DNA of 33,222 nucleotides from Basidiobolus ranarum (Eukaryota): NCBI GenBank assembly GCA_040143965.1, contig JASJQH010006952.1, positions 1 to 33,222 of the forward strand, read 5' to 3'. Shown piece by piece: positions 1 to 15,420 of this stretch (position 1 is its first letter; each line of letters starts with the position of its first letter). The notes under the pieces were generated by a model. It saw only the letters and a program-made list of their open reading frames with translations, ran no database searches and was not told where the DNA came from. The position numbers and the translations under genes were made by a program.

Positions 1-1020
1 CTCTATTGCTCCCCAAGCTGTAAAAAAGTATTGGAATATGATCCGGATGAATTGGTTGGACAGAACATATCAGCTGTTTGTGAACCAAGTGACTTGGTCC
101 CTGTTATGCGCGAGCTAAAGGAATCCACTAGTAATGGATCCAATACTGTCAGTTTGGTTTATCGGATTATGCGAAAAGATTCTGGATACGCTTGGTTTGA
201 AGCTCAAGGAAAACTCCATTCTGATCAGGGTAAAGGTCGTAAATGTATTGTACTTGTTGGAAGATCTCGACCAGTTTATAAGCTTTCTTGGGAGGCCTTA
301 CAAATTTGTGGTGGCTTATCAGATAATGAATTCTGGGCCAAACTATCTTTGGACGGTATGTACCTCTACGCCACCCCCGAATGTCAAGATCTATTAGGAA
401 GTTCACCTGACGAGCTTGCAGGAACATCTCTATATCAGCTTGTTCGTTCTGACCGAACTGCAGCGTTAACTAAGGCTTTACATCAAGCTAGAGATGGAAC
501 AACTGTCAAACTTAGACATACTATTCAAAACAAAAAGGGCCGATATGTTGAGGTTGTAAGCGTGTTCTATCCTGGCGATACCTACAAAAATGGAAAGGCT
601 TCTTTTATTCTTTGTCAGTCTAAGGAGTTGGCATCTGACGAGGGATCAACGGATATTGCTATTAACTCGTCCACTCTTCCTTCGCCCCAAACTGATCACA
701 TCGCTACTGAAGCAGATAATATGTTCGACATGCTAGATCTAACTAGAAATACTACGTGGCAATACGAATTACATCAATTGAGATTGGTTAACAAGAAGCT
801 AAAAGAAGAATTGGAAGCACTGACGGCTTCTCGTAAGAAAAAGAAGAGAAAAACAACCCCCAATTCTGGGAAAGTATGCTCTCTATGCCAGAAGAAAGAC
901 TCATCGCAATGGCATAAGGATGGACAAAAAACCTTGTGCAACGTATGCTCGTGTAATACTTCAGACGCGTCTTCTCCACTCACCCTAAGTTCACCTCCAA
1001 GTCAAATTGCTGCACAATAA
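1..1020 (+). CDS. wc-1: White Collar-1-like photoreceptor/transcription factor, 3' part (PAS-B, PAS-C, coiled coil, basic NLS, degenerate GATA finger); 5' end lies outside the window
   Basis: Frame is open from base 1 (LYCSPSCKKVLEYDPDELVG). WC-1 motifs are present: RIMRKDSGYAWFEAQGKLH, GKGRKCIVLVGR, TTWQYELHQLR, RKKKKRK, then CSLC-x16-CNVC. Clear paralog of 26053..27150. Confidence 0.9.
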   Translation, partial: LYCSPSCKKVLEYDPDELVGQNISAVCEPSDLVPVMRELKESTSNGSNTVSLVYRIMRKDSGYAWFEAQGKLHSDQGKGRKCIVLVGRSRPVYKLSWEALQICGGLSDNEFWAKLSLDGMYLYATPECQDLLGSSPDELAGTSLYQLVRSDRTAALTKALHQARDGTTVKLRHTIQNKKGRYVEVVSVFYPGDTYKNGKASFILCQSKELASDEGSTDIAINSSTLPSPQTDHIATEADNMFDMLDLTRNTTWQYELHQLRLVNKKLKEELEALTASRKKKKRKTTPNSGKVCSLCQKKDSSQWHKDGQKTLCNVCSCNTSDASSPLTLSSPPSQIAAQ

Positions 1021-1870
1021 GAGGTGACTTTCACAACTTCGCCAAGTATGATGTTCTTTCCAACTATCTATGATTTCGTTCAAATAGATAGGGCCTTTTC
1101 AAGCTATGTTCTATACATCTCGATGAGTCCATATATATATGCATATATCCGTAGTAGCCAATTCAAGAATGCAATGAATCCACAATGCAAACCCTACTAG
1201 TCCCTGCTTTCACAATTAGCGTATTTGATTACCTTGTCACATTCAGTTCCAACAATAAGCGACCTGCTATAAATTAAAGTTTCTAGTCATCAGAACCATG
1301 ATTGTATTCGTTATAGTACCTTACACAAAATTCATTAAACATGATCAAAATGCGATTCTTCCCAATGAATATATCTTGCTAGACTCATTCCTGCGTTAAT
1401 GATAAGATCTCACTATATCTACTGGCCACTTGATGTGCTCACGTGAGGGGGACTGGATTAAGAAATCCGAAAGGTTGGGTCAATGAAGGTAGGATATTAT
1501 TATATATATATATTATAAGAGAGAATAGAATCAATTCATCAATCTGGAAATAGAGTGGAGTTCGTTACTGCTAGATTGGAAGTTGTAGCTAAGGTAGGTG
1601 GATCTGTGCTAAGTTGCTTAGATGGGTTTGATATGTCTGATGATCACATATTTGTGAATGCCGATTTAGATGACGATATAGCATCACCCCGTAAACACTT
1701 GAAATTGATTTACTGGTATAAGTGATATCGTATGACTTTTACTAGGTGACTCGAACAAAGATAGCCGAATTTGCCTGGAAGACCTGTGGTCAATATATAT
1801 ATACTCCACAAATTTCTCCGCAGACTTTTCAAATTAACCATATACCTAGTACATTCCAACTGTTTCATAT

Positions 1871-5100
<3,230 letters not shown>

Positions 5101-5410
5101 ACTTTGTATTTAACATCCACGCCCAGTATTCATTCTTTTTCACTTGTCACTTTTCATATCTTTCAAATATATCATTGCTTGTCCCGTTCAAATTGATCCC
5201 ATTTAAGCATTCTTGGTAATATTTGAGAAAGATCACGATAAAACTAGTTGACGGGTTCCTTCGAGTATTGGAAAATATGGGTTTCTTGAGAGAATAATCG
5301 ACATGTTATTGTGTACTATTAAGCAAGGAAAAGACTAACACAAGAAAAGAAAGAAGGCATTGGGTGTTTCGAACAAAAGGACGTGAATAGACGACATATA
5401 TCAAAGGAAT

Positions 5411-7341
5411 CTAATGAGTTGTATCGACTTCCTCAGCTAGTTGCATTTCAGACAGTGGATGCCCGATTTCATCACTATCATCAAACTCATCGGAATCTTC
5501 AATACCTGTGAGAAGTGGATCATTCTCGTATGTGGGGAAAAGGTATCTAAGGAAATGCGTTCAGCGTCATGTGACTTTATGAAGTTGGTGAAATCCACTT
5601 ACTGAGGGTCCTTCCAAATATCACTATCAGCTGCTGGCACTTTCTGGAAGCAACTATTTTGCTCCATGTGCTCAGTCATCTCCTTTAATGTCTCAAAGGA
5701 AACATTGCAGCCCATGCAAGTGTTATTTGCAGTTTTGTGACGGATATAATTAATAAGAGCAATGGTCTTATAGAAGTCGAGATCTACAAAGGTTAATTCG
5801 AGTTAATTCTGCTATGCTAAACTTGGTTATTACGAAGATTTGAACTTACGGTATTGCTCCTGAATGGCTTTGAGATCAAACCCATGCGCCTCAACCATAT
5901 GTTCACAAGCTTCCTTCGGGGAAGGTGCTACGTGGTCATCGAACAAGCACATAGTTTGTTCAGGATCCTTCTCATCCCAATCAGCCCAAGAATCATCACG
6001 ACGATCTTCTTCACTGTCATACTTCTCATTTTCAAATGTTTCCCAATTCTTACCTGGTTCCAAGTAGTTGATCACGTAGAAGCGATCATACATTCTGTTA
6101 CGTGCACTAATTTTGAAATGCTTCTTCTTACGCATATGCTTGCGAAGAACAGCTGGAGAAGTGAAAATTTTCTCACAGTAAAGGCATTGTAGTCTGTAAA
6201 CCGAAAGGATTAGAGATAGTAACCAAACCGAAACACCAGAAAATAGCCGGTACTTACTGATTTAATTTGCCTTCGAGAATATCGAGGAATTCATCGACAT
6301 CCACAAGATTATCCGGAAGGCCGATGTTGAAATTGTGTTCACCAAACATATGCTTAAACAGCTTAGTTCTGAAAAATAACCTTAATGAATATCTTGGCGA
6401 GGAGAGATTACCAATTGTTGCTTCCAAATTTCCTACCTGTTTTCGCATACATTTTTACAGAAAAGACATTTACGAGATTTCAAGCAATCTTCATGTCTTT
6501 CCTTATCCTGTGTTCTGAGAATCTCATTCTTTTAGTGTTTAAATAAGCGTTATTACAAAATATGGTCAAGGCATAAAATAGAATGCATTATAAACATACC
6601 AGTTTTTCACGCTGGATTTCATCTCGCTTTTCCTTATCGATTTGCGAGAAAACGGGGTCAATGGTGTAGATATCACCTTCTGTAAAGACAGTAATTTGTG
6701 AGTAAAGAATCAAAAGTATACAATAGTCGAACAGGCAAGAGCTTACCCTCGGTTGTTTCCTTCTTGGCTTGAGTTTCGAAATCCTCTTCTTGTACTTTTT
6801 TAGCCCAGAAGGTAAGATATTTATCGAGAGCAATGTACATGTGAGTGAGATGACGGAACACAAGCTTATGCTGTTCTTTGAGATGTTGCTTTAAAGCAGC
6901 GGGATCTGTAAAAGGTCTAGCATCAGAGGGACAATCGTGGAAAGGACACAATACTAGAATCTGAGGCTGAATAGAGGGGGCCTCTTCTTCAACCGAGGAA
7001 TCCGATTTGACTGAAGAAATGGAAACATCCGAGTTTGAACGTTGTCTATTCTTAATTTCGGTGGGGGCTTCGTTTGTACTCGACTCTTTACGAGATTTGG
7101 GTGCTGGACTAGTTTGCTTGTTGGATTTAGCTTTTTTACTGTCTTTTGATCCGTGAGATTTTCCATGAGGTTTATTACTATTATTATTATTGAAGGAATC
7201 CTCTTTCTCAGCAGAAATTTTTGGACGTGGTTTCATGCTCTTCTTTCTGTTATTCTTTCTTGGTGAAACATGAGCGGCCAGAGCCTCGTTATTACGGCTC
7301 ACATTTTTGGAGATGACTTCAGTCCACTCTTCGCTGGACAT
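5411..7341 (-). CDS. ZNF277: ZNF277-like C2H2 zinc-finger protein, multi-exon
   Basis: ATG at 7341 (MSSEEW), TAG at 5411-5413. Contains HMFGEHNFNIGLPDNLV, LQCLYCEKIF..LRKHMRKKKH, YDRFYVINYLEPGKNW and YLFPTYENDPLL, which match the ZNF277 family. Confidence 0.85.
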
Positions 7342-7679
7342 TATGTTCAGTATATTGTATTGAAGAGGACTTGATTTGATCACTTTGGAATTTATCGAAT
7401 TTAAAAATTGCAGATCTGGTAACTTATCAAGACTTTTTTCCCAGGACTCTGGTCCAGTAATTAGAATAATAATTAACATACTTAAATGATTGTATTTTGT
7501 ATTCGATATTGTTATTGCAGTAGGCTTACACTCAGATAGAACTCTTAGGCATATGCTCTTAGCGGCACCTTCAACTGAGATGAGATAAAAAGATACTCTA
7601 ATGCAATCACTGCTAAGTAACACATAATCCTAGCCTATCGTAACCCTAATGCATGCTTATTCCTGTCACGAAACCAAGT

Positions 7680-9662
7680 TTAGGGAAGGGGCTCCTCACT
7701 ATCGCTCAGACGAGACAAATGAAGGTAGGCGTCGGTGCCGTATCTAGACAAAGCAAAGTTTAGTTGACTTACATTCCTGATCACCTAGCACTAATACGTA
7801 TATTAGCTTAGAATTAAACATAACCCTAACCCTTCCATTGAGATGATCTTTAAATCGCCACCAAAGTATCTGGCATACTAGTAACCAGGGTTAATTTAGG
7901 AAATACCGCCATATTTAGTCATAGTAAGAAATAGGAACCATACCAAGCGACTCAGCGGCAATCCATATCCAAAACCAGCAAGTGGAGCCTTAAAGTCACT
8001 TCGGTTGAAGTCTGGATCTAGCGAAGGAGTTGATGCGGTGGTATACCTGCCGATGATTACTTAGTATATGAAAGAAGCCTCCCGATACAGATTGATACTA
8101 ACATGTAGGTCCAAACCATGGGTAATCCGCTTCGAGGAATTCCTCCACCCTCGTCCGATATTTTAATGGTAATATCCTTAATAAAGACAGTTAAAACTAT
8201 AGTCCTAGCTAAGACATTAAATGGGCCAAACCTCTTTTCCCTCCGCCACAATGATTTTGATTGGTGGGTAAGGATCATCTGGGTCAGAGCCGTACGTTTC
8301 CACAACAGCTCTCAAGCTGTTTTTCAACAACTCAAACAGCATATGGTGCAAATGGCTTGGAACATACATGAACTCCAAGTCATCCTTGCAAATAAGCTTC
8401 ACTTCGGGTGCTCTGAACAGTCCGTAGTAGTCTTCGCAGATAAACTTGGCATTATCAATGGCCTCTTGTGTGACCTCGGCTAAGTTCGTTTTGGTGCAAA
8501 TAATGCCTACGTGGTCAGTATTGTGCGGCCCTTTTTGAAGTGTGATATGCTGACCTTTACGTCAGAGATGTGAGCTTTGAGTTATTCAAGAATATTTGAA
8601 CTCAAGCGTATTTACCAATTAGCATACGAATTCCAATACGGGACATGTAGAAGCGATCTAAGAAGGACTGTATATCGACATCTACGCTATTGGATTTACG
8701 GGTATGCTTAAACTCCAAGATACCATTTGCTACATGGGTGATGAGTTGATTTTCACATTAAATGGAAGGTTCACGACATTGTTACATGCTGATACATACC
8801 CTTTTAAGAAATAACTGATTAGAACAAAATTAGATGGCCATGTTAAAAGTTGAAATACTGTAGCTTACAATGGTTGTCACGACGGGGTCGTGTCTTCTCT
8901 TCACCCCTTCAATTAAACGACAAAATGCATTGTTGTACTCACTGATTTCAGATGGAAATTCGATGTCTTTCACTGAAGCATAATACCTATTTCGAAATAA
9001 ACAAGTCAGAGAATATTACTTACATACAACTCAAGCGCAAGTGTGACAACCTATGAGGTAATGGAACAGAATTTCCATTTGTAATATCGAAATTCTTGGA
9101 GGAGCTTGTTAGCTCAATCCCATCACCAGTAGGACGTAGAGTGGCTTTTAATTTATCTCTCACATCCTGTGGCAATTCCGGCTTCGGGAAGGTTGTTAAA
9201 TCCTGGTGCAGACTCATTAACATCTCGTTTTTGACCAGAATAGAAAATAGTAGCTAAATTTTACTTACAGAAAACGAATCAGCATACCAATTTTTGACTT
9301 TTATAACTGAGGGCATCAAACTAAGACCATGAGGAAGATTTTCAAGTTCAACTACGCGATGAGCAAGGCGAATAGGGAGCTCCTCTATTATTATTTTTTG
9401 TCAACAATTTGATAATAGAAAATATCATCGGGAATGTGTACAAACAACGGACCCATTAAAAATTGACTGGCTCTCAGAAGAGTTCCTTGTGAAGGCTTTT
9501 GACCTATTTTTAAGCAACATTCAATTTAATGTTGCAAATATGCTTATAAAGTATACGACAAAACTGACCGAACTTCACCATCTGACGGAGTGACACTCCG
9601 GTTTGTGGGAAGGTAGCAAAATACTTAATCTTATCATAGAGATTTGGTGGAATCTTATTCAT
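7680..9662 (-). CDS. PDK: Mitochondrial pyruvate dehydrogenase (alpha-ketoacid dehydrogenase) kinase, multi-exon, including a predicted 1-nt exon
   Basis: ATG at 9662, TAA at 7680-7682. Motifs: EELPIRLAHRV, KRRHDPVVTT, FLDRFYMSRIGIRMLIGQH, ELLKNSLRA (N box), ISDEGGGIP (G1), [21 protein letters not shown] (G2), SMEGYGTDAYLHL. Confidence 0.95.
8800..8800 (-). other. Predicted single-nucleotide exon (G) of the PDK gene
   Basis: Minus strand reads ACC ATT|gtaagc..ttctaat..taaaag|G|gtatgt..ctcat..atgtag|CA AAT GGT. Introns are 8868-8801 (68 nt) and 8799-8730 (70 nt). The G is needed to form the Ala codon GCA. Confidence 0.8.
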
Positions 9663-9855
9663 GTTATCTCAAGAATGGCAATAAAAAACACGAAGGAAGG
9701 TATGGAGATAGAACAGAAAATTTTGTTACACCAACCACTTTGCAAACGAGCCCTAGCAGGAGTCACAACCTCAGAAATTAATATCACACTTGTATCACTC
9801 AGTTTATTTATCACGTGTTGTGGGTAGAATTCAAGTTATCTCCGAAAGCTCGCAC

Positions 9856-9904
9856 AGCTAAACATATCCGACACGTAGAGCTAAACATATCCGACACGTA
9901 GAGC
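9856..9904. repeat. Perfect 23-bp tandem duplication in the PDK upstream region
   Basis: agctaaacatatccgacacgtag occurs twice (9856-9878, 9879-9901), followed by agc. Confidence 0.95.
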
Positions 9905-10867
9905 ACGACTCATCAACATATAATACAACAACCCTCTGACCGATCACTTTTATGTTTACCTTAGCTTGAATACCCGATTTCAAGTCTATGCCCAGAAAAC
10001 GCTGTAGTATAACAACAGAACCTGGCGAAACCACGCTAAAGTATAAATAACAGAGTTTGGAATATGTGTATATATAGCTATACTCTCAAATGAGCGAACC
10101 ACATGATCATGTGGCTGAACTCAAGTCGAAAACATGGTGATTTGATTCAGTTGCTCCGAATTCGAAGGGTTTGATTTACCTAACTGGAAACGAAATAAAT
10201 TCCCATTTTAGCGAGATCTGGGTATGGAGCCTACAGCTGACTTTCCATTGGCAGGGTTTAGAACATTACATTCGCTTGTTCTATAGCAACCGAGTTGATC
10301 AAAGCCACTTTTATATATATGCATTGGAGAGTTAATTTAGAAGATAAAGCGGGCTTTTACCATTGGATAACGAGTGTCGACAAACTTTAGACATCCTCTA
10401 TCAGCTACCATTTTGAGTATAGTGCCTTCATGACCAGAGCATATACAGTCTGTGTGGGTAGTATATCAGCGCTGAAGAGAAGTTGAAAGAACATTCTGGC
10501 TTTTGTTTTATTTTCTGGATGCTTACAAAACCAAGCCTCCCATCTAATCATCATCATATTAGGAAGTGATTGGTTATCTGTGGCAAGTCCAACGCTTTTT
10601 CCAAAGTCACGCTTCGGACATTGATTTAAACCTATATTGCATCTTGTCATACTAATGTTTCATTCCTCATTTGGTATTGAACAAGGTACAACGTGCTACA
10701 TCCAGTGGGAATTCTAATCCTTATAGAAGCAATTCGGGTTCTACAAAATTCACATTCATTTATTTCTTGACTATACATCTGTATATTTATCAACGTTTAT
10801 CTTTCCCACTCTTGTTTCTTTGAGAAGTGGGGCAACCAAATACCACTTGTATCTTTGTTGTTTTGAA

Positions 10868-13007
10868 ATGCGGTTTCAAAAGATCTTGGGCCATCATTTT
10901 TTTGGCCGTTTTGTTAAAGGTCGCTATACACGTTTGATACGTGAAGCTTGTAAGAGCATGAACCCAGAAAACGAAAAAGAGGCCTTATCCGAAGCTTCTG
11001 ATATTTTGATTTCCCTATCGCAAAGAGAATCGGAGTTCATTCAGATTGTCTCAACCATGGTAGAGATATTAGACGAAACCAATCCTTTGAGTGCAGCTTT
11101 TTTGTGTCATTTACTTGAACTTACCGCACTCCCTTCTACTAAAACTGCGTTGAAGGTCAGCGCTTGTCTACTGCATAAAATCCACTCGAAAGCATTGTTT
11201 CGTCCTAAACTGAAGCACCGCTATCGACTAAATGCTTGCGTTGTGTGGTGTGTTTTAGCTGAAAGACTAGCTGGTTTGTTTGATATAATATTTATATCTT
11301 ACGCTCTTTATCTGACATTAGATATTTCATTCTTATACTAGGTAAAGTGAGCGCAAGTATATTTACCAAACAAGTATTTGAAACGCTTTTGGATGGACTT
11401 GAAGACAATCACCCTTGGGATGTACAATTGTTGAGTTTAGTAGCATTGGAAAAATTTGCATTAACAGGTGAACCACCTCTTTAATTGTTAAGTATGTTTG
11501 ATATCCTAACCTGTTCAATATTATACACAGGTGACAATAAGATGCGGATTTTAGATTCAAACGCCATCAATTTGATACACTCTCTGCTTCTCTCCTCTCC
11601 AAATCTAAAGGATCAGCGACAGATTGCCGAGCTAGAGCTGTGTGTCCCTTGGGCCCTTAATCGCTCATTATGTAAACTATTTTGATATTTCTTGTATTTT
11701 TCTTCGCGCTAACTCTTGTTGTATTCTTCTATTACTACAGCTTTGTCGCCATCTCTATTCTTATCCAAAGAAGAAACTGAGGTAGTAGCCTTAGACAATG
11801 TAAATGTTACTCTTAACTGGTGCGATGCCACATCTCGGCTGAAGTGGAATCCAACTGGCTTAGAGGTAAAGAACCGCAACTCTTACGAGTATCTGCAAAT
11901 GTGTATAAGCTAAACATCATGTATTGATATCTTTAGACTCGTAATGATAGTACCTCTTTCGAATCGGTTCGTGGAACAATGTGCGTAACTAGAGGTATAT
12001 ATAGCATCAATATCAATTTCAGTCAGAAATTCAAACTCACGATGTTTATTTTAAGGTTGCTGGTATTATGAAGTTCGTTTGATCACTCCTGGTATTATGC
12101 AAATTGGATGGGCCACCAAACATAGCCGGTTTCGTCCAGAGGACGGAGTTGGTATGTATATACTCTATTCTCTAGTTTGAGTAATTTGTTTTGACATTTT
12201 TCCAGGTGTAGGAGACGATGAGCATTCATTTGCTTTTGATGGGTGCCGCAGATTAGCATGGGTATGTATCCAAAGGGTTTTTTTAGTGGAATGAACTTGA
12301 CATAATTTTATGCATTGCAGTCTTCTGGCCTTCCAGTTGCGTATGGGAAAGGGAACTCTTGGAATCAAGGTTTATATTTAGTAAAAATGTTGCGAAATTG
12401 GTGAAATCATATTTATATATATATATTCAATAGGGGATATCCTAGGTGCTCATTTAGACTTGGAATATGGAGTCATCCGCTATTATTTAAATGGGATCGA
12501 TTTAGGAATTGCATTTGAATTCACTGGAAATCAACTATTCCATTACACCTCTAATGAAGGCGGTTTCTACCCAGCTCTTTCTCTTACATCTTTTCAGCAC
12601 GTTGCTTTGAACTTTGGACAGCAGCCTTTCAAGTAAGTAAACCCTCTCATATATGTATCTGCCACTTTTTCACTAATTTACGCTCGATCCTTGACAGATA
12701 CCCTCCTGCCCAATCATATCGTAACTTCAATCAGGAAGGAAAACTCCCAGAAAGTCTTCGTTTAAAAAGTATATACTCTCGGCCTAGTATGCAGGACGTA
12801 CTTAACCTAGATGACACTGAAGTTAGCATCGAGAAAGTTTGCTCTATTTGTTATGACAGCGAAATTACCACCAAACTAGACCCATGTGGACATGATGGAT
12901 TTTGCTCGAATTGCGCCTTGCTATTTGAAAATTGTCCTCTATGTCGAGCACCCATTCAACACAGGGTCGCCACCATTATACCAACCACACTTGCCATAAA
13001 AGCTTAA
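10868..13007 (+). CDS. RSPRY1: RSPRY1-like RING finger and SPRY domain protein (putative E3 ligase), multi-exon
   Basis: Spliced frame gives LAERLAG, LVALEKFALTGDNK, GLE|TRNDSTSFESVRGT, GCWYYEV..GIMQIGWAT, GVGDDEHSFAFDGCRRLAW, FYPALSLTSFQH..LNFGQQPFKYPP and a C-terminal C3HC4 RING (CSIC..CGH..FCSNC..CPLCR). The start codon is uncertain. Confidence 0.85.
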
Positions 13008-14308
13008 TTGGCGGATTCGGTTTGAAAATAGTCATTGTAGCATGTTTGAATCACCAATAATACTCAGCTTTCGATACCACACTTGTACATAGTCAGATGT
13101 ATATATCATTCGGCAATCTTTCTATGTGAACAAAAATAATTCAACTCAAATATCAAGTCAATTTATTAGTTATATAAGCTATTCTTATCCTACTTCGAAT
13201 CAATGGTTAGCATCTTCATCAGTCCTATATGTTTAGCATTGCCTAAACATCTATATAGTCATATATAGCTTAGTATTTAGTTATCTTATATTGAACTAAG
13301 ATATTACCCGATATCGGAATTTACTTTGAAAAATCTCTTCAAACTTCCAAGAAGCCCCAAACTTTGCACACATGTTCCTTAACACATTCTACAAGTTAGT
13401 TTGTTTACATCTTGACAAAAGTATAAATCAATAAGTGAAAACCACCAATTTCTCTAATTCGAAAAACCACTTCCAACAGGCTCCCAAATACTTTAACAAC
13501 TTGAACTCTTATTCAAGCCCCTCAAACATTTGCTCTGCCTCTATTATATGCTAGAAGTAGTCAATATTGATATAATATTTCTTCTAATTATACTAGTTAT
13601 TTTTTCCTGTACGCACCTCCACACATGCTATTTCATCATTTTCTGATACTATTCAATTTACTAAGCATCATATGTACATTATTTTAAATGTAGAATCGAG
13701 TTAAATTTGTAAATATTAGTTGAAATCGAATATCTCTTCTAGTCTTCCCAAGCACCTCAATCTCTGCCCAAACTAACAACATGGTACAAGATAACTAGAA
13801 AAGTAGAATTTGAATAAATTTTGTCCATAAGCACGTGATCAAAAGACATCCTTGATGGTAGTAATGTCAGAAGTAATGTGAAATATCAAAATACTCTCCA
13901 AAATGGACATCTCTGTTTCAGTTTGCTTGTATATAAACGTACTTGAGCAAGCGTGGTATCTAAGCGTGATATCCACGACTGTGTTTTAGATAAGAGTACA
14001 AGCCGATAAGGTACAGAATGGTGGAACTATCCCAAAGCGAGAAAGAATGATAATAATATATGGAGAAGTATGGAAAAGATTGAGATATATACGAATATGA
14101 CCGTATGTCTTTGAAAATTAGATAGTATTATGAATGATTTGATCTCGAAATTTCTATCAGCTGCACTATTGCTGACATTGTCCAGAAAATCTAATCAAGA
14201 GTTGTTAGTTTATCTATCTGTTCTTGATCTGGTCTATTTATAACTCATTTTAAAGATAAGCGAAGATATCAAAGAATCCTTGAAGCCTCGAGTTTGATGA
14301 TCCAAATC

Positions 14309-14365
14309 TTCATATCGATCATACTGTCACAGTTAAAGAAAATTCATATCGATCATACTGTCACA
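14309..14365. repeat. 23-bp direct repeat with 34-bp period
   Basis: ttcatatcgatcatactgtcaca at 14309-14331 and 14343-14365. Confidence 0.92.
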
Positions 14366-15317
14366 TAGCTAAAGGATGTCTGGAGCGGGAAGTAGAAGAG
14401 CAGGATGGAACTCCATTCTACTCCACACAAGAAATCCATTTCCTAACCATAGTTAATAAGTTACATATCGACAATTAATATAACTTTTCTCGTATATTCA
14501 GCCAATATAAACAGCAAAATATTAATCGCAATCTGAATAAATGGAGAGTATGCCAAAGCTAAAAATAACCCTTGAGCGTTATCAGGATCTAAACTAATAG
14601 CATTTTGGAAGAACAGGATACTATTGTTGCTTTCATTCTCAGAGATTTGTTGAGGAAACTAAAGTTATGTCAGATATTCTACTTTTGTCCCAGGAAGATC
14701 CGCACGCAGGTGACATGAGCAAGGAAATGTAGTATATATGGTTGGAGTTTGAAATAGGCGGAAGTGAATTTTATAGACCAAGCGAATTTTTAGACTAGGG
14801 ATTGATGAAAGTTCTATTTCAAGTCTGGTTTAGATCGGGTTCTTGTCCTTTTAGTTCGCTGATTACTCGTCAGAGTTAGTAAGACAGATATGATTTGTTA
14901 CAAAATCTATCGAAAACGACGGGATCTTCCTTTTTATTGGATAAAATAGTAGGGAATTTAGCTTCGTGTAAGTATACCTTTTTAAAGCCTACTAGTGTAA
15001 CTTAAAAGTAGAAAATGCGGAACTGAAGTTCCTACTTAGCAACAATTATCCTTCAATCCGCTTACGAAGAGGCCAGGTTATTTCAAAACAAGCTAATGGC
15101 ACCTGCAGTTACAAATGTTCAATTAAGTGACTAACTGACCCAGTTGCCGAGTGAGTCAGGGGTTCTGACAGTTGGTAGTCAGAGAATTGTCATTCCTGAA
15201 TTAAAAATTCCGAATGTTTTTGGAAGTATATTGGCCCCAATATAGAGAGAAGTAGGACCAATCCGATCTTGGGATCCGCATTGGGTAGAACCTGAATCGA
15301 TCGAATTTCTGAGACGG

Positions 15318-15325
15318 TATATAAG
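15318..15325 (+). promoter_or_regulatory. TATA-box candidate for the Prm10-like gene A
   Basis: TATATAAG about 100 bp upstream of the ATG at 15421, followed by a pyrimidine-rich leader. Confidence 0.5.
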
Positions 15326-15420
15326 ATTCCCAGTTTTCTAGAGATGCAAATCATTTAATATAAAAACTCGTTCTATTCTTTTTTTACAGTCCCAATCTTC
15401 TCACACTTTAATATATCAAC

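Noticed and set aside
7342-7623. N-terminal extension of the 316-aa ORF upstream of ZNF277
   Set aside because: It begins at a non-ATG codon, is AT-rich and runs nearly to the PDK stop. It is more plausibly promoter/UTR; ATG 7341 is preferred.
9856-9904. CRISPR-like interpretation of the 23-bp repeats here and at 14309
   Set aside because: Only two copies, no proper spacers, no cas genes, and a eukaryotic context.
13100-13840. Point-centromere-like arrangement (CDEI-like ATCACGTG next to an AT-rich tract)
   Set aside because: No CDEIII-like element, the same motif occurs in ordinary promoters here, and the region is gene-dense without flanking retroelements.
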